A DNA stretch of 63,558 bases, the filler included, from Reticulomyxa filosa (Eukaryota; Protista; Foraminifera), in assembly GCA_000512085.1 (NCBI GenBank). It is 13 parts of 13 records of this genome, joined end to end, with 100 filler letters (N's around TTAATTAATTAA, not from the genome) between each part and the next. Parts side by side here need not be neighbours in the genome. Positions count along the whole stretch, not along the records: positions 50,118 to 56,095 come from ASPP01018360.1; positions 56,196 to 58,609 come from ASPP01026001.1; positions 58,710 to 62,450 come from ASPP01040440.1; positions 62,551 to 63,558 come from ASPP01038057.1; 9 more parts are not named here. One strand, written 5' to 3'. Made by a program: the position numbers and the translations under genes. A model generated the notes under the pieces. That model was not told the origin of the DNA. It saw only the letters and a list, made by a program, of their open reading frames with translations, and did not search any database. Each line of letters opens with the position of its first letter. The first letter of the stretch is position 1. Shown piece by piece: positions 54,424-63,558 of this stretch.

Positions 54424-54486
54424 TCAAAAAAGTTTTTAGAGTTTTTGTAACGAAAGGTCAAAAAAGTTTTTAGAGTTTTTGTAACG
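54424..54486 (+). repeat. 29-bp perfect direct repeat (period 34) upstream of the E2 gene
   Basis: TCAAAAAAGTTTTTAGAGTTTTTGTAACG at 54424-54452 and 54458-54486. Confidence 0.95.
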
Positions 54487-54559
54487 GTGGACAATTTAAA
54501 ACATCTCCAAGATTCAAATTTAAATAAAATAAAGTGAAACAAGCAAAGCTTCAAGCAAA

Positions 54560-56095
54560 ATGAGTGACAAAACTAATGGATCTTTAGGATCTCAAAGCAG
54601 GCAAACTTCAACTCGGAGACTACTGCGGGACTTGCGCGAATGGGAAGCAACCAAAATACCAACAGTTAATATGAGTTGAAGAGTGAGTACAAAAAAAATA
54701 GGGATAAAATTTTTTATTTGTGAATGAATAGATCGGGGCAGAGCCATTAAACGATAATTTATATGAATGGCATGTGAACCTGAGACCAGTAGATGGAGTG
54801 TATTCAAGTGTATGTGTACATTTGATAATGAGATTCACCGAAAATTATCCCAGCGAACCTCCGAAGATAATCATTTGCACCCCAATTCGTCATCCCAATA
54901 TATTTGGAGAATTTTTGTGTTTGTCAATGTTGAGACCGGAAAGCTTGCATTCGCCATACGAAGGCTGGTCCTCGACGTATTCAGTGACTTCAATATTAAT
55001 GCAGCTCTCAAGTTTTTTATTTGCAGGTTAAGATTTAGTTTGTTCCATTTTATTTCATTCCAAAAAAAAAAAAAAAAATTTTTTGTTCATAAAACTAAAA
55101 GAAAAGTACTTTTAATAACGCCAAAAATCAACAAATACATAACATAGAGCAAATTGAACAAGACTCGTATTCGCGAGAGGGCCGTTATGAACAAGCACGA
55201 TTGAATAACAACGATGTGGAGGAGTCACTGCGCGTGTGTCGAGCATTCGTTTGTAAGGACTGTGGACACACCAACGAGAAGCCTATTCCAAAGGTGTATG
55301 AATTGCCAACGAGTGATATCTCATTGCATCCTATCAAGGGGGCAAATGACGTTTTGATCCATGGGACAGCTGCACAAACCACCAGCACCTACTGGGTCAG
55401 CTGCAAAGCTTCTTTGGGCGTGTTTTCTGGAAAAGTGCTATATGAAGTATATATCAGTTGGAGTGGGGATAAATGGACACCAACAAATACCAATGGAGGG
55501 CTGTGTCGGTAAGTCGCGAACACTTGCAAAGGATAAAATAATAATAATAAAAAATAAAAAAATAAAATTTTACTTTTGCAATGAAAGTATACGTATGTGG
55601 TGTTGCTATGTTGTACTTGTGTTAAATTTTTTTTTTTAAATTACAAATAAATAAACAAATAATAATAAAATAAACAAACAAACAAACAAACAAAAAAAGA
55701 TTTGGCTGGGGCACCAAAGAGGCACTTGAACTGGGCACGGATGATAAAAGTGTCGGATATGGTGGGACAGCGAAACTGAGCTATCGCAACAAGTTTTTGG
55801 ACTATGGCGAGGAATTTGGGAAAGGTGATTGTATCACATGTGCAGTGGACTTTGATCAAAACCAATTGCTGTTTGCCAAAAATGGTCACTTGGTGTTGCC
55901 AGTGCAGCTTATTCCACCGGGCTTGAAAGGACATGGACTCTATCCAATGGTCTCATTGAAGAACAGTCGGGCCGAGTTTAATTTTGGAAATCCCAGAAAA
56001 CCTGTTCCACAACTTACAGGTATTTTATTTAATTAAAAAAAAAAAAAATTTAGCATTGTGCAAAACGTATACGTATACCGTATATATATATATAT
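54560..56095 (+). CDS. Ubiquitin-conjugating (E2) domain plus CxxC segment plus SPRY domain protein (3' truncated)
   Basis: RRLLRDLREWE..NLYEWHVNL..FTENYPSEPP..HPNIFGEFLCLSML..WSSTYSVTSILMQL; CKDCGH; GKVLYEVYI..LCR/FGW..LGTDDKSVGYGG..YGEEFGKGDCITCAVD..FAKNG..LYPMVSL..FNFG. Confidence 0.88.
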
Positions 56096-59000
56096 NNNNN
56101 NNNNNNNNNNNNNNNNNNNNNNNNNNNNNNNNNNNNNNNTTAATTAATTAANNNNNNNNNNNNNNNNNNNNNNNNNNNNNNNNNNNNNNNNNNNNAAAAA
56201 GAGTGCAAATCAATTGGTCGTGAAAAAATTAAAAGAAGATTAGAAAAGAAAATCGATTGACTTTGAAGCAATTCAGAGTAATTTGGTCACAAATCATGGA
56301 TGTATAATTGAACATACAAAACATATGAAAAGTGGATGGTATAAAAGTTCGGAGTACATAACTTCAAGGACCCAACTTATCACATCAGATTTTTTTGACT
56401 CCAAACTTTCGGAAAAGCCTGCTGTTTCGGACTTCCTTCTCAGTAACATTTTTTGATACTGTTTATATCACTCAAGAACACAATGAGGCCATGCTACAAC
56501 TATATTCGATAACAATATGAAACAGGTGAATGGATGAAATCGATATTATGTCAACTGACCAAAGCAAAAAAAAAATGTATTTGCTGAATAAATAATACAT
56601 TGTGAAACCATCTAATTCAACGGACTCTGCTTTTCGATGGCACCAAGTTACTTTTATTGTCACCGCATCTTTTTTTTTTTTTGTTTTGTGTGTCTAATTC
56701 TTACACACAAAACAATCACAAATTATGGGTGATGGTGGGGCAAACTTTGACAAAAGGATAGTGAATACCTGAGTGAAACTTTTTTATACATTAGTGTGTG
56801 GATTCCATTGGACCATATCACAAAAGCTTTTTATTTTAATCTTTGTTTTGACCACCTTCTTAAAAAAAAAAAGAAGAGGTGGTCCTGTCTCTCCATAAAG
56901 TAGTGAGACGGAGGAGAGGCTTATTTCATATGTTTTGGACGTAAATGCTGTAGGAGAATGGGTCTTTGTTCATGTCGCCGTTTGAAAATGGGAAAGCGTT
57001 TGATTGGAACGTACCAAACAATGTATCGAACATAATAATTTACAACCAAAATGTGGTAAAGCGTACAGCAACATTGAAACTACTGCAGGGTTACAAGATG
57101 TAGTGCAACAATTGATACCAGAATTGGCGGTTTTTACTTCATTCACATTGCGCCGAGTCTGTGTAATTTCATTAAAGAATACGCAGAGTAATCATGCTGC
57201 AATATTCTACACATCCGTTGTGTGAATCGTCGACTTCAATCGATGAACAAAAAGAACTATCGTTTGTTCGCTTTGCAGTAGAAATGTGATCTTTTTCCAA
57301 TCTTGTTCTTATTTATGAAAAAATGTCAATTTTTTTATTTTATTTACCAACTCAATACTCAGTCTCTCAAAATGAAAAATTCGCTAATAACTTAAGAGCA
57401 AAAAGCCAATTAAATAATTTTCAAATCGAAGCTTGTTAAAAGTTTATCAAAAAATTAAGTCAGCTCCAGAATTATCGAACATTGTAATGTGTTTATTCCT
57501 TTTTCAAGTAGTGAATATGTACAATTAAAAATATATACACTAATCAAGCACTAATTAAAAAAACTTTTAGTAAAAATTTAAAAAGTGTATTATGTGTTCA
57601 ATTTCAATATTATTGTAATTATTTTCTTTTAGAATTTTAGTTATTAGAAAAACATGTCAGTTTGTCCAATATGGACATATATATATTAATACACCCAAAT
57701 TTGGAACGCTTAAAATTGAGAAAATGCTTAGAAAAAAAAGCTGATACTGACCCGTGATTTTGTCTTTAGCAAGACACAATCGCCCATTTCGAAGAAGATT
57801 CTTCCATTGTGACTGTCATTCTCCAGTTGTTTGACAATTGCTTCCCTTGTGACAAACAAGCAGTATGTGTAATCATAGTGAGTTCTTGTACAATTTTGCA
57901 CTTGCCAAATTATCGACTGCTGGTTCACATTATTGTTGTCTACATGTGTGCCGTCGTTAAAGTTGGCGAGTCGACGGTTGTGAGTGGTGGGATAGCCTTT
58001 TGCGATTTGGTTCAATGTGGCTTTGTTCGCAAATTTGTTTGGCATTCTCTCTTGACTGTAAAGATACAGCGTCGAATATTGCCAATGTCAGGAGAGCCAC
58101 AATAAACAAAAGTATTTTTTGGGCCGCGATGATAACACCTTTTTTTCTAATGGTGTCATTATTTTGGGTTTCACTGACTCTATTCTTTCTTTTTCGGTAA
58201 CTGTTGCAGTTTTGCAGAGGAGTGCATTGGAGAAGGAATACTTAAGAAGCGAGCTCCCATGTTGTATACTTTTGGCTTGTTAAATTGTTTGAAGAGAAGA
58301 GCCAAACCACATTCATAATGTTCAAGAACTTTTTCTAAAAAGGGAAATTTTTTTCTTTTCGAGAGAAAAATCATCGCTCAAAAAGTAATGATTTATCAAA
58401 AAAAAATTTAAATTTGAATTTGAATTATCTGTAGTTAACCTGTTTTTGGAATCACAAATAAAAAATGAAATAATATAAAAAAATTTTAACAATTATTTTT
58501 TTGTCAAAAATGTGAAAATATTTTTAAACAAATGCAAATTTACATCTTTTTTATAAATATTTATGAGTTGTACATTTGTGTCTTACTTAAGAAAAAAAGG
58601 TCTTTTTTTNNNNNNNNNNNNNNNNNNNNNNNNNNNNNNNNNNNNNNNNNNNNTTAATTAATTAANNNNNNNNNNNNNNNNNNNNNNNNNNNNNNNNNNN
58701 NNNNNNNNNTTGATCTAAAAAAAGCTGAAACATTTTTTTTTCTTACAACAATCCCAAAAGAATACCACTACTTCGACACAACAAGCCTTAGTAAGATTTA
58801 TTTTACTCTTTAAAAGCTAACTCATCAAATCACCGACAACTACCAAAAACTGGTTGGCACGCCGAAGCACTTTAACACAACGGCAATGTCAAAATTGACA
58901 ATACCAAATGCAATGAAACGGTGGACAATTCAAAGAAACTTGAATTTGGGACTAAACGAGCACTTGCCATTAGTAAATGCAACCCGATCGAACTTAACGT

Positions 59001-59746
59001 GCCAAATGCCACAAATAATATAAAACCTTTTATTTTATAATCGTTTTTGCGTAAAAGTGTATTTTCCTTCTTCTCACATTGAACAATTTTTTCTTGCGGA
59101 AAATATACCTAGTATGAATCCGCTTCGTGAGAGTGCATAAGGTAATCCTAATACACAATTATGGTTTTTGTTAGATTTATCACACTTACTAACATCATGG
59201 TATTCCATCCAGAGTTTGTTTTTGGAACTAGTCTTGGAAATGCCACTGATGTTGAGTGCTTGGCTTCATCTTCGTAATTTTGGTTTGTTTTTGATCCTCT
59301 TTAAACACTATAGAAGGATAGCCTCCTAACGTTATGTCCGCATTCTCATCGTAGCTTGCGCTTCCGTCGGTAGCCGACACGTTCACTAATAGATGTTCTC
59401 GTTGTTCGTCTTTGTCTCTTTTCGACATGTTTCTTAACGATTAAGAGAGATTTGCAATAAAATGGCCCTAAAAAATGAAAGTGCTTCGAATAATAAAGCA
59501 CGAACTTGACCGATGAAGGAGGTAATTTGAATTTTTTTTAAAACTAAATATTTCAGTTTATTTTGCGACTCGTATCTTGTGCAAAAAACAATGTTTTATA
59601 CTTTCCAGTGGCTTTGAATACGGAAGTTAATTTAAATAAAAACAAAGATTATGCAAGTCCATATGATCAATTGTGAAATTTAATTTTTTTTCGATGTCAA
59701 CTTCCAAGTTGAGCGTTTGTTTCCAATTTAACTTAAAGAGTCAAGA

Positions 59747-60663
59747 TGGCTAATGCTCAAGATACATCACCTGTAAGTTAAAAACAAAACTAAAATTAAA
59801 ATGTAATAAGTGAAATATATCATATTAATAACTTAATTTGTTATAGAAATACAAAATTCATTTATTTGTACTCCTCATGGGGTCATTGTTTTTGTATATG
59901 CAGCTCCCAAAAAGAACACGCGTCCAAAATGAGAAATCCATCGGGAACTTGATCACTTTCACCGTCGAACCGGACCCACAGCCTGCACCACCAGAAAACG
60001 TGCTCACTAACACCATTAGCTACATGCCCCCATCCACTTCTCGAAGATCGTCCAGTTTCGGAAATGATGAAGATGCAAAAATGATCGAATTGCCATCACA
60101 CGAATTGTTGCAAACAAATGCACGTTAGCTTATTTTATTTTCTTGATGATTGATAATAATTCATATATTTTTTTTAAAAAAGATGTCCAAGTGACGAAAA
60201 ACTCTCCATCTCGAAAGCTACTACAACTGTTGTACTGAGCTCAATCAGGAAGGACAAAACTCAACACTTGAATATCAATGACACAAACACTACATTGCTA
60301 CCAAACACCCATGCCACTGAGGATGTACAGATTAAGCGGCGCGTTTTCGACTTTTATGGGGCTAAAGCGTCCATTCAATCCAAACCTGCACCTCACTTTG
60401 TCAAACACTTTCACCGTGCATGCATTATTGTTTTGATTGGAAATGTCATCAAACTTTTGGTAGACATTGCTATCATCTTTTTCATGCTTGTTCTGAAAAA
60501 TACACCTCACGGGCGGAGTTTGTATTTCGATGTACTAGCTTGCTTCGGGGTCTTGCTCACTCAAGTCAGCCCATTGTTCTCCATTCTCATGTTCGGAGCC
60601 AATGATTTTTTTATCACGTTAATGTTTGGATGGATTAGAACATGTATTCACGGTGGTGAATAA
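59747..60663 (+). CDS. Hypothetical membrane protein (multi-exon)
   Basis: Short exon MANAQDTSP followed by a GTAAGT donor, then ORFs 59877-60128 and 60268-60663, the latter with 2-3 hydrophobic segments. Confidence 0.4.
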
Positions 60664-63052
60664 ACATATCATATGCCATTTTTAACTTGGCTTAACTTTG
60701 TCTTGGTTTGTCTTCTTCTAACATCACTAATCACATTTTTGTAAAATACGATCTTGATAACTGTAATTGTAAACAAACTAGTGACAAAGTAGTATGTGTA
60801 GATGTTTCTTTTTTATACTACGTTTGATGGGCTTTGGTGTCTTCTTGACTTTATTTGTAAATGTATGAGGATCCCTAACGATCTTTTTCTGCTTTGTTTT
60901 GGAGATTGGACGTCAAGCCAAAGCTTGTACTGTTTCATGAAAAAGCATTGAAATAAATAATGCTAAGTCAGCAAATATGTTGCGAAATCATATAAATATA
61001 CTTTTTTTCTACGATGAAATATTTTTACAACTTTGATTCATTGTATTTAACGCACTTTTTGATAATTACTCAGTCTTCAAGTGATAATTTTTGAAGTCTG
61101 ATTTCGATTTGAACAATGTTTTACTTGAAACTGACCATAAACTCGTGAATTTCTGCAAAGACTATTAGAATAAAGAATTGCGAAAATTTCATTTCAAAAA
61201 ATAATAAAATTTAATTTAAAAAAACAAAGCGCTAGTAACAAGAAGGACTTCAATTGCTTTGTCCCCTCGCTTTGCTATTGCCTTTATAATCGTCCACCTA
61301 AATAACTGGATCAAAAAGTTTTTTTTCTTCAAAAAAAAAAAGAGTATAAACACTTCAAACACACCAACTCCAAACGTATATACGTTTTTTGTTTTTTTTA
61401 CGAATTCGTCGTGTAAATAAATTTCTTTCTAATCAATTGTTCAAAGCTCGACTTATGTACATCTTCGTTCTTTACTAGTTCTATTTTATTCGTTAAAAAG
61501 AATTACGTTTCTTACTCTTGATGTTTTTCCTCATTTATTTTTTCTGTTGTGGGCGCGTGTGGGCTTTCATTTGCTTTATTAATTTTTTTCCTTTTTAGAT
61601 TAACCATAATTTTTTCTTTTTACAAATTAACGATGTAAACAACAAGCAAGCTTTAAAAAAAGAAAAAAAAAAGGGGTTCCTAAACTTCCTACTCCTACCT
61701 CCCCCATCTGTTTTATTGTACGCAAAAAAAAAAAAATTTTGTAACATTGATTTATATATAATCTACATTGATTGTGATTCACATTTTTGTTTTTCGAATA
61801 AGAAAAATTATAAATGTAATATCGATTATCCTTTTTATTTGTCATATTGTGGGACTTGTTGTAAGGTTAAGTGTAATACGAAAGGAACTTAGTTCCAAGA
61901 TAGTAATTTCAGTAAAAGAAAGTTAATTAAAGAGAATAATTACAACGCAAGTAAAGAAACAAGTAAAACAAGAGGAAAGTGAGTAGTGCTAAGAAGAGTG
62001 TTTTAACCCACGGGGGTCCCACCGTTCCGTTAGCATTTAAGGATTTAATGTAGTGACTTTCCCTACAATATGATATAGAGTAATCAAAAGGTTAATTGAG
62101 TTCACAAAAAAAAACAAAAAAGATAAACATCCCAAAAAATTTTGTAAAAAATCAGATAAAATCTAAATACCATTCTTTTCAGAAAAAGTTTGGTAAAATT
62201 GAAATGATGATTAATTTTTTTTTTCAGTCAAGTTTTGAGATTGTGAGCTATCTATATTTAATTGACCAGTTTCAACTTCTTTTGGATCATTTTATAGTTT
62301 TTCTTCAAGCTTGGGCTGGCTTGCAAAAGGTCTTTGGAGGTACTTGAGATTGAGAACGTGGAGGTGGTACAGAAGGCACAGGTGGTCGTGGAGGTTGAGA
62401 TTGAGCTATTTTAACAGCTTTTGCAGCTTCTAAAAATCCAAAATTATGACNNNNNNNNNNNNNNNNNNNNNNNNNNNNNNNNNNNNNNNNNNNNTTAATT
62501 AATTAANNNNNNNNNNNNNNNNNNNNNNNNNNNNNNNNNNNNNNNNNNNNAAAAAAAAAAAGCAAAAGCGTTTTAGAAAACAACTGAAAAGATTGATAGA
62601 CATTAAAAGATCTAAGTCCTTGATATTCTTTTGTATGTTATGGCCCAGGTATTTGTAGTGGCATGGGCTTAAATGTTTTTTCGTCAATATTTTTTTTAAC
62701 ATTCATGAACTTTGCCTCCAAATGCAAGTTTCAGTTCACTTTTGCCAACGCTTTTGAAGGTGCTGCCACAAGCCCGAACAGCTTCAACAATGGTGGACGT
62801 ACGCATCGTGATGAATGACGCTGTTATTATTTTTCCATGATCCCGGCGTAGGACATGCCTTAAAGGTGGTGTACGTGCAATATTCATCTGATCGGCAACA
62901 CAAGCACAGCGCCGAAGTCGATTGTGTATATAATTCAAATACACTGGAATCTTTGCACAAAAAAGGTTTCCGGAAAGTTCCATTTAGCAAAAAATTTTTT
63001 GTAATCGGGTACAAATCATGACACCACAACAATAGCGTTCATTATTTTTACC

Positions 63053-63218
63053 TTTTTTTTTTTGAAAAAAAAAATTTATCATTATTTTTTTTTTATCAAA
63101 AAAAAAAAATTTATTATTATTTTTTTTTTATCAAAAAAAAAAATTGGTTATTAATTTTTTTTTATCAAAAAAAAAATTGATTATTAATCTTTTTTTTTAA
63201 CAAAAAAAAAAAATTAAT
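63053..63218. repeat. Imperfect tandem repeat (~5 units of ~32 bp), each a T-run/ATC/A-run inverted repeat
   Basis: Units such as TTTTTTTTTTATCAAAAAAAAAAATTGGTTATTAA are repeated with variation. Confidence 0.8.
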
Positions 63219-63558
63219 GATATGGTCGAACTATCTCTAAAAAATATTTCCCCTTTTTTTTGGAAAAAACGAAACTGTTCAAAAAATTTTTCTAAGTATC
63301 TGTTTTCCCGTTCATCCGTGGTGCCAACGTTTTGCTTCCCTCGAAAGTCAAATGAGAATTTGCTGTGCGTGTGTTGATTTTATTCTTTTCACCGTTGCAT
63401 TTCCAATCTCCGAAATGTCTTCACAATTTGCTGTTGGGGCAGCGTCTCGTTCAACAACTTACCACTGTGCATAAGTACATCTTCGATAAAAAGTCATGTC
63501 CATAAAAAAACTCCACAAAGTGTCTTTCAATATCGTTGCACTGCTTTTTTTTTTTTTT

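Noticed and set aside
56196-59430. Decayed coding-like segments (a PhyH-like VWIPLD word near 56795; ORFs 57728-58045 and 59228-59428)
   Set aside because: Single short motifs with stops; insufficient evidence for a call.
18235-62550. Recurring TTAATTAATTAA motif as a biological repeat or CRISPR-like array
   Set aside because: Always centred in exactly 44+44 Ns, so it is an artificial contig linker. ORFs running into it (ending X..LIN) are artefacts.

Overview
This window is not one locus. It is 13 unrelated contigs joined by twelve artificial 100-nt spacers (N44-TTAATTAATTAA-N44). Twelve contigs are AT-rich, intron-containing eukaryotic DNA. A polyubiquitin junction with an extra residue (LRGG-A-MQ) and a characteristic WD40 family point to Rhizaria, most likely a foraminiferan such as Reticulomyxa (inference). 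Recognisable genes, mostly partial: TTC7/Ypp1-like TPR protein, a coiled-coil protein, a CLC chloride channel, a SAPS/PP6R subunit, an N4BP2-like P-loop kinase, SLC12, Rh ammonium transporter, Pcf11-like CID protein, SLC26, RPL7A and an E2-SPRY fusion. Contig 1 (1-18234) is a mosaic of decayed gene fragments, and there is a Tc1/mariner remnant. The standout is a GC-rich bacterial contig of exactly 1000 bp (33462-34461). It holds the 3' half of an IS110/IS1111-family recombinase gene followed by a ~230-nt structured non-coding region. By manual pairing this folds into two arms whose internal loops carry 8-nt matches to both sides of the element's own right junction, and the two matches overlap at a 2-nt core (GG). 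This is a candidate bridge/seek RNA, and its target (about GAAGGATGAGG) can be read from the sequence. All calls come from manual reading; no searches or folding programs were run.
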